Below are positions 33,602 through 43,139 of a stretch of 64,000 nt of DNA, one piece after another. Origin of the DNA: an uncultured Chloroflexia bacterium (lineage in GTDB: Bacteria; Chloroflexota; Limnocylindria; QHBO01); NCBI GenBank assembly GCA_963773405.1, contig CAVZAQ010000013.1, positions 19,758 to 83,757 of the forward strand. The letters run 5' to 3'. The position numbers were made by a program, and so were the translations under genes. The notes under the pieces are model-generated. The model saw nothing but the letters and a program-made list of their open reading frames with translations, made no database searches and was not told the DNA's origin. Position 1 is the stretch's first letter; every line of letters begins with the position of its first letter.

Positions 33602-36382
33602 CCGAAGCGTGCGCGGTTCCGACCGCGAACAAGGTCGACTACGACGTCATGGTCGTGGGCAGCGGCATCGGCGGCATGGAGTCCGCCCTGAAGCTGGGCG
33701 ACATGGGCTACAAGGTCCTGCTGGTCGAGAAGGAAGCCAGTGTCGGCGGCAAGATGATCCTGCTGTCGAAGGTCTTCCCCACCCTCGACTGCGCCAGCTG
33801 CATCTCGACCCCCAAGATGGCGGCGACCATTCATCACCCGAACATCACCGCCCTGACCTACGCGCAGGTGGACGGCATCCGCAAGTCCGCCGACGGGCGC
33901 TTCCACGCTTCCGTGACCAAGAAGGCCCGGTTCGTGGACATCGACACCTGCACCGGCTGCCAGAAGTGCGAGACCGCCTGCACCGTCGCCATTCCCGACC
34001 AGTTCAACGCCGACCTGGTGGCGCGCCGCGCGGCGTACATCGCGTTCCCGCAGGCCGTGCCCAAGAAGGCGGTCATCGACCGCCAGGGAAGCTCGCCGTG
34101 CTCGTTCGCGTGCCCGGCCGGCATCCAGGCCCACGGCTACGTCTCCCTGATCCGATCAGGTGAGTACGAGAAGGCCTACGAGCTGGTGCTCGACGCCACG
34201 CCGCTGGTGGGCACCCTGGGACGCGCCTGCTACGCCCCGTGCGAGGGCGAATGCACCCGCGGATCGCTGGAGGGGACGCTCCCCATCCGGCGCCTCAAGC
34301 GCTTCATCTCCGATCAGCATGACGAGGCCGGCACAGGGCCGGGAATCGAGATCGCGCCGCCGAACGGCAAGCGTGTGGCCGTCGTGGGCTCCGGGCCCAC
34401 GGGTCTCACCGCCGCATGGCAGCTGGCCCGCCTGGGCTACGCGGTCCGGATCCTGGAGTCCGCGCCCGTCGCGGGCGGCTTCCTGCGGTTGGGCATCCCG
34501 TCCTACCGACTGCCCGAGTCCGTGGTGGAACGCGACATTGCCGAACCTGACCGATGTCGGCGTCGAGATCGTGACCGACACGGTCGTTCGTGACGTGACC
34601 GCACTCAAGGCCGAGGGCTACGACGCCGTGCTCGTCGCCACCGGAACCCACAAGTCCCTGGGCCTGGGCGTACCCGGCGAGGACCGCCTGGGCGTCCTGG
34701 GCGGCACCGACTTCCTGCGCAAGGTCAAGCTGGGGACGCCCATGGACCTCGCCGGCCGGACCGTCGTGGTCGTGGGCGGCGGCAACGTGGCCATGGACGC
34801 CGCACGGACCGCGCGCCGCCTGGGCGCCGAGTCCGTCACCGTCGCCTACCGGCGCGGACGGCACGAGATGCCCGCCAACCACGTTGAGGCCACCGACACC
34901 GAGGCCGAGGGCGTGCAGTTCGCCTTCCAGGTCGCCCCGGCCGAGGTGACCGGGGACGCGAACGGTGCGGTCAACGGACTGCGCTGCACGCGGATGCAGC
35001 TGGGCGAGCCGGATGCCTCCGGGCGTCGTCGCCCCGAGCCCATTCAGGGCAGCGAGCACGTCATCCCCTGCGACCTGGTGATCGCCGCCATCGGCATGAA
35101 GCCGGAGCTCTCCGCCTTTGGCGGTCAGCTGGCCACCAGCGACAACGGCCGCCTGCTGGCGGACACGGTGACCCGCCGCACGGAGCTCGAGTACGTGTTC
35201 GCCGCGGGCGACGCGGTGCACGGGCCCACCGACATCACCCGCGCCGTGGGCGAGGGACGCCGCGCGGCGCACATGATCGACCGCTGGCTCACCGGCGGGA
35301 CCATGGACGGCTTCGACGACCGGCTCCCGGTCGTGGACAAGCAGGCGGTCCTGGCGCGCCAGAAGGAATACAGCCTGCGACCGCCGACCCCGGACGCCAC
35401 GACCCTGGTCGCAGCGCCCACCGACTTCAGCGAGGTCGAGGCGGGGCTCACCGAGGCCGAGGCGCGTGCCGCGGCCGGGCGGTGCATCGACTGCGCGGTC
35501 TGCAGTGAATGCGGCGAGTGCGTGGCGGCCTGCCCGGTTGACGGCTGCATTGACCTCCACGCGCGCGACGAGACCTTCGAGGCCGATATCGGCGCCGTCG
35601 TGGTCTCGACCGGCTTCAAGCTCTTCCCCGCCGACCTCAAGCCGGAGTACGGCTTTGGTCGCTTCACCAACGTCATCACCGGGATGCAGATGGACCGCCT
35701 GCTGGCGCCCACCCGTCCCTTCAACACGATCCTGCGCCCGGGCGACGGCAAGGTCCCGGAGCGGATCGCCTACATCCTGTGCACCGGCTCGCGTGACGAG
35801 ACGGTGGGCAACCCCCTCTGCTCGCGGTTCTGCTGCATGTACTCCATCAAGCAGAACCAGCTCCTGATGGGCGCCCTGCCGCTGGCCGACGTGACCGTCC
35901 ACTACATGGACATCCGGGCCCCGGGCAAGCGCTACGACGAGTTCTACGAGCAGGCGAAGGCCATGGGCGCCACGTACGTCAAGGGCCGTGTCGCCGATGT
36001 CAGCGAGAAGCCGAACGGCGACCTCGTCCTCAAGTACGAGGACATCGAGAACGGCGGCAAGATCGTGGAGGCGGAGTACGACCTGGTCGTGCTGGCCGTG
36101 GGCGTCCAGCCCAACCACGATGCGGAGCAGCTGTTCGAGGTGGGCGAGCTGGGGCTCGACGAGTGGAGCTACGTCGGCGAGCCGGAGGAGGACCTCAACC
36201 CGGGCCAGACCAACATCCCCGGGGTGTTCGTGGCCGGGGCGGCCTCGGGAGCCAAGGACATCGCGGACTCGATCGTCCACGCGGGGGCCGCTGCGGCCCA
36301 GGTGGCCGCTCACCTCGAGCAGACGAAGGTCGAAGCCCCCGAGACGGAAGCACTCGAGACGATTGCGATGGTGACGGCATGA
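33598..36382 (+). CDS. hdrA: Large HdrA-like flavoprotein with inserted GltD-like NAD(P)H-binding domain (~928 aa), interrupted by one frameshift near 34540
   Basis: ORF 33307..34593 from MTEACAVP (VDYDVMVVGSGIGGMESALKLGDMGYKVLLVEKEASVGGKM...DCASCISTPKM; GltD-like VAVVGSGPTGLTAAWQLARLGYAVRILE) continues in ORF 34160..36382 (NLTDVGVEIVTDT...CIDCAVCSECGECVAACPVDGCI...ILCTGSRDETVGNPLCSRFCCMYSIKQNQ: HdrA 4Fe-4S and C-terminal signatures). Confidence 0.7.
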
Positions 36383-38127
36383 CCACCAAGAAGAAGAAGG
36401 ACGAGGGGCGCCGGATAGGCGTCTACGTCTGCCACTGCGGCGGCAACATCAGTGACTACGTCGACGTCGACAAGGTCATCAAGGGGATCGAGGACGACGG
36501 CGACGTCGTCGTGGCCAAGACCGCCATGTTCGCCTGCTCGGACGCCACGCAGGGCGAGATGATCGCGGACATCGAGGCCCAGAAGCTCGACGGCCTGGTG
36601 GTCGCCAGCTGCTCGCCCAAGCTCCACACCTACACGTTCCGCGGCGTCGCCTCGCGCGCGGGCCTGAACCCCTACGAGTACACGCAGGTCAACATCCGCG
36701 AGCAGTGCTCGTGGGTGCACACCGACGACGAAGCGGCGGCCACCGAGAAGGCGACGGACCTGGTCCGGGCCGGCATCGCGCGGACGCGCCTGACGACCCC
36801 GCTGGAGCCCATGGTGGTCGACACGCTGCCGCACACCCTGGTGATCGGCGCCGGGATCGCCGGCCTGCGAGCCGCCATCGGCCTCGCCGACATCGGCCTC
36901 AAGGTCACCGTCGTGGAGCGCGAGCTGGAGGTGGGCGGCTGGGTCCGCGACTTCGGCCCCATGTACCCCCACGGTCGCAAGGGCAGCGAGCTGATCGCCG
37001 AGCTGGTGGCCGAGGTCCGCAAGCGACCAGCCATCACAGTACTGACCGGAGCCGCAGTGGTCGGCAAGGCCGGCAGCTTCGGCAACTACCAGGTCAGCGT
37101 CCGGGTGGGCGACCCGGGCTCCGCCACGATCGAGGTCGCGGTGGGAACCATCATCACCGCCACCGGGTTCGACGCCTACGAGCCGGAGGCCGGAGAGTTC
37201 GGCTACGGGATCGACGGCGTGGTCACCCTCCCGCAGTTCAAGGCCATGGTCGACGGCGCCACCGGTCCGCTCACACAGAACGGGCGCCCGGTTCGCAGCG
37301 TTGCCTACGTCTACTGCGTGGGAAGCCGGAACACGAACGGCTGCTCGAACGCCTACTGCTCGCGCTTCTGCTGCGCGGCAACGGTCCAGACGGCTGTCGA
37401 CGTGGCCGGCCTGGACCCGACGGTTCGCCAGTTCCACCTGTACCGGGACATGCGGACCTACGGGAAGTTCGAGCCGATCTACGAGGAGGCTCGCAAGACG
37501 GGCTCGGTCTTCATCAAGTTCGACAACGACGCGCCGCCCGCCGTGGAGCGCAGCGATGCCGGCGAGATGACCGTGACCGTGCGCGACCTGCTCACCGAGA
37601 ACACGGAGCTGGCCATCCCGGTCGACCTCGTGGTCCTGGTGACCGGCATGGTCCCGCGCGAGAACTCCGAGCTGGTGGACGTGCTCAAGCTGCCCGCCGG
37701 CACCGACGGCTTCTTCAACGAGATCCATCCCAAGCTCCGCCCGGTCGAGACCGTGGTGGACGGGGTGCTGATCGCCGGCACCTGCCAGGGACCCAAGACC
37801 TCGGCCGAGAGCGTTGCCTCCGGTCTGGCAGCGGTGACACAGAGCGCCGCGGTCCTGAAGAAGGGCTACACGGAGCTGGACCCGCTGGTCGCCATCGTGA
37901 GCCCGGAGGCCTGCACCGCCTGTGGCGACTGCCTCACCGCCTGTCCATACGACGCGATCTCCATGACCGAGGAGGGTGACCGGCACTTCGCCGTGATCAG
38001 CCCCACCGGCTGCAAGGGCTGCGGCGGCTGCGTGCCGATCTGCCCCGAGAACGCGATCGACCTGCTCGGCTACACCGACGGCCAGATCAGCGCCATGATC
38101 GAGAGCCTCGTGGAGGTACCCGCCTGA
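36379..38127 (+). CDS. hdrA: HdrA-like flavoprotein (QmoA-like)
   Basis: From MTTKKKKDEGRRIGVYVCHCGGNISDYVD (HdrA N-terminal Cys cluster). FAD motif LVIGAGIAGLRAAIGLADIGLKVTVVERE; YVYCVGSRNTNGCSNAYCSRFCC; C-terminal ferredoxin CTACGDCLTACP...CKGCGGCVPICP. ATGA overlap with the upstream gene. Confidence 0.75.
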   Translation: MTTKKKKDEGRRIGVYVCHCGGNISDYVDVDKVIKGIEDDGDVVVAKTAMFACSDATQGEMIADIEAQKLDGLVVASCSPKLHTYTFRGVASRAGLNPYEYTQVNIREQCSWVHTDDEAAATEKATDLVRAGIARTRLTTPLEPMVVDTLPHTLVIGAGIAGLRAAIGLADIGLKVTVVERELEVGGWVRDFGPMYPHGRKGSELIAELVAEVRKRPAITVLTGAAVVGKAGSFGNYQVSVRVGDPGSATIEVAVGTIITATGFDAYEPEAGEFGYGIDGVVTLPQFKAMVDGATGPLTQNGRPVRSVAYVYCVGSRNTNGCSNAYCSRFCCAATVQTAVDVAGLDPTVRQFHLYRDMRTYGKFEPIYEEARKTGSVFIKFDNDAPPAVERSDAGEMTVTVRDLLTENTELAIPVDLVVLVTGMVPRENSELVDVLKLPAGTDGFFNEIHPKLRPVETVVDGVLIAGTCQGPKTSAESVASGLAAVTQSAAVLKKGYTELDPLVAIVSPEACTACGDCLTACPYDAISMTEEGDRHFAVISPTGCKGCGGCVPICPENAIDLLGYTDGQISAMIESLVEVPA

Positions 38128-38402
38128 TGACCACGACCGCAACGCGCACCGGGCCCGCGCCGAACCCGAACCGGGACATCCGCGAGGTGATCCGCGAGGA
38201 GCCGGTGATGCGCGCCCGGATCCTGGCCGCCCTCGACGACGGGCCGCTCACGGTGCCGCAGATCGCCACCGCCATCAACGCCCCGACCCACGAGGTCGTC
38301 TACTGGGTGATGGGCATGCGTCGCTTCGGCTGGCTCGCAGAGGTCAAGGGCAGCGAAGACGACGGCTACTTCACCTACGAGCCGACCGGAAGGACCTCGT
38401 AA
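38127..38402 (+). CDS. Small winged-helix-like hypothetical protein
   Basis: 91 aa; RARILAALDDGPLTVPQIATAINAPTHEVVYWVMGMRRFGWL suggests a wHTH; overlaps neighbours by 1-4 nt. Confidence 0.4.
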   Translation: MTTTATRTGPAPNPNRDIREVIREEPVMRARILAALDDGPLTVPQIATAINAPTHEVVYWVMGMRRFGWLAEVKGSEDDGYFTYEPTGRTS

Positions 38403-39607
38403 TGACCGCAACGACCACCCCGGTGCCGGCCACCAGGATCGACCTGGGGCTCTATCCCGACATCAGGCGCTTCGGCGCGGCCGATGTCTCCGCCTGCTTC
38501 AGCTGCGGCACATGCACCGCCAGCTGTCCGCTCTCCGAGACCGATACCGCCTTCCCGCGCCGCGTGATCCGCTTCGCGCAGCTGGGCATGAAGGATGCGC
38601 TCCTGTCGTCGAAGGAGCTGTGGACCTGCTACGCCTGCGGCGAGTGCAGCGAGAGCTGCCCCATGTCCGCGGAGCCGTCCGAGTTCATGGCCGCCGCGCG
38701 CCGCTATGCGATCGCCAGCTACGACCACACGGGGCTCGCTCGCACCATGTACACCATGCCGGTGATCGGCACCGGGATCGCCCTGATCCTGGCCGCCGTC
38801 TTCGCGGCGTTCATGTACGCGTCGCACGGCCCGCAGGACGCCGCGACCCTGGCGCTCTTCGGGTTCATCCCCAACGAGCTGATCCACAGCATGGGCCTGA
38901 TCGTGATGGCCGTCGTGTTCCTGGCCGGCCTGGCCGGGATCGTGACCATGGGCCGCCGCCTGGCCCGGGTGGAGGGCGTGACGCTGCGCTCGACGCTTGG
39001 CAGCCGCGCGGCGCTGGCCCGCAGCGCTCGGGCGCTGTGGAGCGCCATCGGCATGGAGTCGCTGGGACAGGCTCGCTACCGCACGGACTGCGACGTGGAG
39101 AACGAGTCCGCCGTGGCGTGGTATCGGCGCCGCTGGTTCATCCACGCCATGACCGTCTGGGGCTTCCTTGGCCTGCTGGGCGCAACGATCGCCGACTACG
39201 GCCTGGAGATCATTGGCTGGAAGGCCACGGGCACCCCGGTGCCGATGTGGTACCCGGTCCGCCTGCTTGGCACCGTGGCGGGGATCGCGCTGATCTACGG
39301 GACGACCATGCTGATCATGGACCGCGTGCGGAAGTCGCACCGCTCGGTGCGGACCTCCTCGCCGGCGGACTGGACGCTGCTGGTCCTGCTCTGGATCACC
39401 GGGGTCACCGGCTTCGGGATCGAGCTGGCACTGTACCTGCCGCAGGCGCCGGCCTGGGGCTACTGGTTCTTCCTCTTCCACGTGGCGATTGCCATGGAGC
39501 TGGTCCTGCTGGCCCCGTTCATGAAGCTGGCCCACGCGGTCTACCGGCCGGTGGCGCTCTTCTTCTTCGCCCTGCGCAAGGAGGGCGCCGGATCGCCCGC
39601 GCAGTAA
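38402..39607 (+). CDS. Fusion of HdrC-like 2x[4Fe-4S] ferredoxin domain and NarI/HdrE-like membrane di-heme cytochrome b domain (QmoC-like)
   Basis: CFSCGTCTASCP and CYACGECSESCP cluster motifs, followed by 5-6 TM helices with conserved His (IHSMGL, FIHAMTVWGF, LFHVAIAMEL). Confidence 0.7.
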   Translation: MTATTTPVPATRIDLGLYPDIRRFGAADVSACFSCGTCTASCPLSETDTAFPRRVIRFAQLGMKDALLSSKELWTCYACGECSESCPMSAEPSEFMAAARRYAIASYDHTGLARTMYTMPVIGTGIALILAAVFAAFMYASHGPQDAATLALFGFIPNELIHSMGLIVMAVVFLAGLAGIVTMGRRLARVEGVTLRSTLGSRAALARSARALWSAIGMESLGQARYRTDCDVENESAVAWYRRRWFIHAMTVWGFLGLLGATIADYGLEIIGWKATGTPVPMWYPVRLLGTVAGIALIYGTTMLIMDRVRKSHRSVRTSSPADWTLLVLLWITGVTGFGIELALYLPQAPAWGYWFFLFHVAIAMELVLLAPFMKLAHAVYRPVALFFFALRKEGAGSPAQ

Positions 39608-39645
39608 CGACAGCCGAGCCGCCCGGCGGGGCCATCCGTCGGGCG

Positions 39646-39720
39646 GCCCCACGTCGGGCGGCCCCACGTCGGGCGGCCTCCGGGCCGGGGCCGGGGCCCG
39701 GGCCGGGGCAATGTTCGGGC
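39646..39720. repeat. GC-rich short tandem repeats (ccacgtcgggcggcc x2.5; gggccgg units) downstream of the sulfur operon
   Basis: Read directly. Confidence 0.4.
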
Positions 39721-39885
39721 GGCCGTAACGTAACGTCGCCCAAGCGGGCTGGTCCAGGGTTGGTACCGGGTCGTCCGGGCGGTCCAGCGCTCGTGGGTTA
39801 CGGCTGGTCGAACACAGCGTCGGTGAATCGGCCCCGGCAGGCCATCCGCCGACGATACGTTCGGGTGGCTCGAACATCCCGCCCG
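39700..39885. repeat. Composite intergenic repeat element, copy E3 (caATGTTCGggcggccGTAACGTAACGTCGccc; gGTTACGgctggTCGAACAcagCGTCG; inverted CGACGaTACGTTCGggtggcTCGAACAT)
   Basis: Read directly. Confidence 0.55.
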
Positions 39886-39946
39886 CTCCGGCCGCTCCGC
39901 CGCTCCGGTCGCTCCGGTCGCTCCGGTCGCTCCGGCCGCTCGCGGG
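39882..39946. repeat. Tandem repeat of 9-nt unit CGCTCCGGY (~7 copies)
   Basis: cccgctccggccgctccgccgctccggtcgctccggtcgctccggtcgctccggccgctcgcgg; intergenic, just upstream of the second padR. Confidence 0.55.
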
Positions 39947-39953
39947 GCTCGAT

Positions 39954-39976
39954 GAGTGTCCGCGCCCTATACACTC
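39954..39976. promoter_or_regulatory. Inverted repeat GAGTGT-N11-ACACTC upstream of padR; candidate operator
   Basis: gagtgtccgcgccctatacactc, 10 nt upstream of the ATG at 39986. Confidence 0.3.
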
Positions 39977-39985
39977 TCCGGGCAT

Positions 39986-40429
39986 ATGACTAAGCGTTCG
40001 CCCGGGCGCGACCCGATCGCATCCGGCCGGGACAAGCGCGGCACCCCCATCCACCATGGGTGGGCGACGCTCGGTGGCCGCCGCCGCTGGATGGAGCCCT
40101 TCATGCTGGTCCTCCTGGCGGAGGGATCGGCGCACGGGTACGCGCTGGTGGGGCAGCTGGAGGAGATGGGCGTGGCCACCGGCTCGCAGCTCGACTTCGG
40201 GCAGGTCTACCGCACGCTGCGCGACCTCGAGCGGGACGGCCTGGTGAGCTCCACCTGGTCGACCGAGCCGGCCGGGCCACAGCGTCGCGAGTACGAGCTG
40301 ACCGATGCCGGCTACGCCACCCTGGACGAATGGGCCGCGGTCATGCGCGAGCGCGCACGGCTGATGGCCGAGTTCGACGGGCGCTACCTGTCGGCTGTCG
40401 CCCGGCCCCCAAGGCGCTCCCGGAGCTAG
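39986..40429 (+). CDS. PadR family transcriptional regulator
   Basis: ...MEPFMLVLLAEGSAHGYALVGQLEEMGVATGSQLDFGQVYRTLRDLERDGLVSSTW...YELTDAG: PadR signature. Confidence 0.7.
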   Translation: MTKRSPGRDPIASGRDKRGTPIHHGWATLGGRRRWMEPFMLVLLAEGSAHGYALVGQLEEMGVATGSQLDFGQVYRTLRDLERDGLVSSTWSTEPAGPQRREYELTDAGYATLDEWAAVMRERARLMAEFDGRYLSAVARPPRRSRS

Positions 40430-40917
40430 ATCGGCTGAGCCATGGCGTGGTCCAGGGACTGCGCCAGCGCGTCGCGCTCCTCGGGCGAGAGGCTCCCCTC
40501 CAGCACGGCGAGGTAGTGCTCCTCCTCCGCGAGGTGCACCTTGTACATGGCGTGCAGCCGGTAGAGCGCGCGGCGCAGGCCCATGGCCTCGCCGGGGTCG
40601 AGGGTGCAGGCGATGACATTGGGCCGGTAGTCACCCAGCGTCCCGATCAGGCGCCGCAGCTCGCGGTGCTCGTGGCGCATGGGGATCATGGAGTGCCGGT
40701 TCTGAAGAAGCCGCTCCAGCTCGGGGTAGATGCTGCTCTCGACCGCGTCGATGTGCGGCAGCATCTGGTCGTGGATGAAGCGGTACTCGGCCTCGAAGCG
40801 CGCGGCGAACGCCTCCGGGCGGACCGTGTCGATGGTCTCCGCAAGGGCGGGCAGGGCGTCGATGTGGGGCATCATCAGCTCATGGTGATGCTGGGTCGTC
40901 TCGGGCAGGGACCGCAT
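40426..40917 (-). CDS. Hemerythrin HHE cation-binding domain protein
   Basis: H-rich helical motifs (MMPHIDALP..., HDQMLPHIDAVESSIYPELE, HEHRELRRLIG, LHAMYKVHLAEEEHY). Confidence 0.6.
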   Translation of the reverse strand: MRSLPETTQHHHELMMPHIDALPALAETIDTVRPEAFAARFEAEYRFIHDQMLPHIDAVESSIYPELERLLQNRHSMIPMRHEHRELRRLIGTLGDYRPNVIACTLDPGEAMGLRRALYRLHAMYKVHLAEEEHYLAVLEGSLSPEERDALAQSLDHAMAQPI

Positions 40918-41039
40918 GGTCGCGCTCAGCTCTCTATCCGTTGCCCGCTCCGCCGGCCGGTCCGGGCCTTGCTCGCAGCATCATCCGGGTTCGCGCGCGC
41001 CCGTAGGGCCATCCGGCCCTGATCGGGGGCCGCGCGGGC

Positions 41040-41085
41040 CGGGCCGTTGCGCCGCCGGCCGGGCCGGGCCGTTGCGCCGCCGCGG
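41040..41085. repeat. Direct repeat GGGCCGTTGCGCCGCCG x2 between the hemerythrin paralogs
   Basis: Read directly. Confidence 0.4.
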
Positions 41086-41092
41086 ACGAGGG

Positions 41093-41584
41093 TCAGAGGG
41101 GCTCTGCGATGGCGTGGTCGATGGCACGCGCCAGGGTCGAGCGCTCCTCCGGCGAGAGGTTGTGCTCCAGCACGCCGATGTAGTGCTCCTCCTCCGCGAG
41201 GTGCACCTTCAGGATCGCGTAGAGCCGGTACAGGACCCGGCGCAGCCCGGTCGCCTCCGCTGCGCTCAGACGACCGCCGGCCACCTGCTCGCGGTACTTG
41301 CCGAGCGAGCCGATGAGGCGGTGGATCTGCCGATGCTCGTGGCGCATGGGCAGCATGGAGTGGCGGTTCTGCATCAGCCGCTCGAGCTCGGGGTAGATGG
41401 TCTCCTCGATCCGCTCCACGTGCGGCACCAGCTCATCGACGATGAACGTGTACTCCGCCTCGAACAGCGGCGCATAGGCGCTCGTGGCACCCTCGGCGAC
41501 CATCTCGGCCAGCCTCCCCAGCGCGTCCACGTGGGGCAGGATCTGCTCGTGACGCTGGTGCTCGGTCTCGGGAAGCGACAGCAT
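41093..41584 (-). CDS. Hemerythrin HHE cation-binding domain protein (paralog)
   Basis: From internal Met MLSLPETEHQRHEQILPHVDALGRLAEMV...; ~55% identical to 40426..40917. Confidence 0.6.
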   Translation of the reverse strand: MLSLPETEHQRHEQILPHVDALGRLAEMVAEGATSAYAPLFEAEYTFIVDELVPHVERIEETIYPELERLMQNRHSMLPMRHEHRQIHRLIGSLGKYREQVAGGRLSAAEATGLRRVLYRLYAILKVHLAEEEHYIGVLEHNLSPEERSTLARAIDHAIAEPL

Positions 41585-41737
41585 GGCAATGCTCCTACAG
41601 CTACGGCGCGATCCGGGACGTTGGGCGACCTTCCCCACCCGCTGCACTCCGGGCTCCAAGGCTGCGCGCGCGCCTGCCGCCTCGCCAGTGCCACCCGGAC
41701 CGCCGCCGGGGGTCGCACCGGGCCACCACCGGCATTG

Positions 41738-41915
41738 CGCGGCGGATGTTCGGATGGTTGGAACGTAACGTCGGGGAACGCGGCCGCGAGGGCCGCCGGC
41801 AGCCAGCGCCCGACGCAATGTTCGGGTGGCTGTTACCGGGCATGCCCCCGGGTCGTGGAGTGCGGCCCGTCGGCGGTCCCCGGCGACGTTATGTTCGAGC
41901 AGGCGTAACCCAGGA
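41738..41915. repeat. Composite intergenic repeat element, copy E2 (ggATGTTCGgatggtTGGAACGTAACGTCGggg; caATGTTCGggtggcTGTTACcggg; inverted CGACGTTAtGTTCGAgcaggcGTAAC)
   Basis: Read directly. Confidence 0.55.
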
Positions 41916-43134
41916 ACGGGGTGTCAGCGGGCCGATGGCGCCGTGACAGAGGGACCAGCCGGGGAGGCTCCGCCCACGGCGGGTGCGACGGGGCCGGCGG
42001 GGCAACCAGCCGGAAGAGCATGGGCCCCAGGGTGGAGGACACCGCGGCGAGCAGGACGATGCTCGACTGCAGTGGGCGGTCGATGACGCCCAGCCGCACG
42101 CCCAGCTCGGCCACCGCGATGATCAGGCTCAGTCGGGCGGAGAGCAGGAGCCCCGCAGCCAGGACGGAGCGCATCGGCAGACCCAGCAGGCGCAGGGGGA
42201 GCGCCGCCGACGACCTTGATCGCCAGCGCCAGGGCGATGAGCGCCAACGTGATGCGGAGCGCCACGGGGTCGCCCAGCGCGGAGAGGTCGAAGCGGATCC
42301 CGACCCCAATGAAGAAGACCGGGATCAGGAACCCGTAGGCAAAGCCGGCGAGCTTCTGGTCCAGCGTTCCCCGGTACGGGAAGACGAGGGCGAAGACGGA
42401 TCCGGCCATGAAGGCGCCCAGGATCGGCTCGATCCCCAGCACCAGGGCCAAACCCACCAGGACCAGCATCAGGGCCAGCGTGGCGCGGATTCCGACCTCC
42501 TCCGGATCGTCCACGTCGAAGAGGCGCCGGAACGACTCCGGCCACCACCAGGCCATGCCGCCTCACCGCCATCAGCCCAAAGCCGATGACCGCGAAGAAG
42601 GCGGGGACCGCCAGCAGCGAGACCGCGGTTCCCGAGTCAGTGACGAGCGCCAGGCAGGTGACGGCGATCAGGGTCAGGAAGTCCGCGACCAGCGCGGATA
42701 CCAGGATCGCCTGGCCCAGCGCGGTGCCCATGTGGCGCGTGGTGCGCAGGGTGGGCACCACCATCCCGACGCTGGTGGTGGCCAGCACGAACATCGTGAA
42801 GAGGCCGTACCCGAGCAGCCAGACGGATCCGGCCGAGGCCGCCAGGGTGATCCCGAAGACGAGCAGGCCCACCGCCAGCTGGGCGCGCGCCCGTCGACCG
42901 AAGCCCGGCCAGGTTGATCTCGAAGCCCGAGAGGAACATGAGCAGGAAGAAGCCCAGCTCCCCGAGCTGGCTGATGAAGTCCGTCAGGCTGACGAGGTGC
43001 AGGACCGGGCCTACCGCGACCCCGAAGAGGATCTCCAGGACCGGCGCCGGAACGCCCACCCGGCGCGCGACGAGCGGCAGGGCGAACGCTGCAACCGCGA
43101 TGACGATGAGGGTCGCGGCGGCGCTGGAGTCCAC
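41833..43134 (-). pseudogene. Monovalent cation:proton antiporter (CPA/Kef-type Na+/H+ exchanger family), split over 4 frames by at least 3 frameshifts
   Basis: N-terminus MDSSAAATLIVIAVAAFALPLVARRVGVPAPVLEILFGVAVGPVLH...FLLMFLSGFEINLAG (ORF 42637..43134) continues in ORF 42129..42872 (LLVFGITLAASAGSVWLLGYGLFTMFVLATTSVGMVVPTLR...), then ORF 41924..42556 (LALMLVLVGLALVLGIEPILGAFMAGSVFAL...GFLIPVFFIGVGIRFDLSAL), then ORF 41833..42309 (LRLLGLPMRSVLAAGLLLSARLSLIIAVAELGV...). Confidence 0.65.
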
Positions 43135-43139
43135 GCGCC

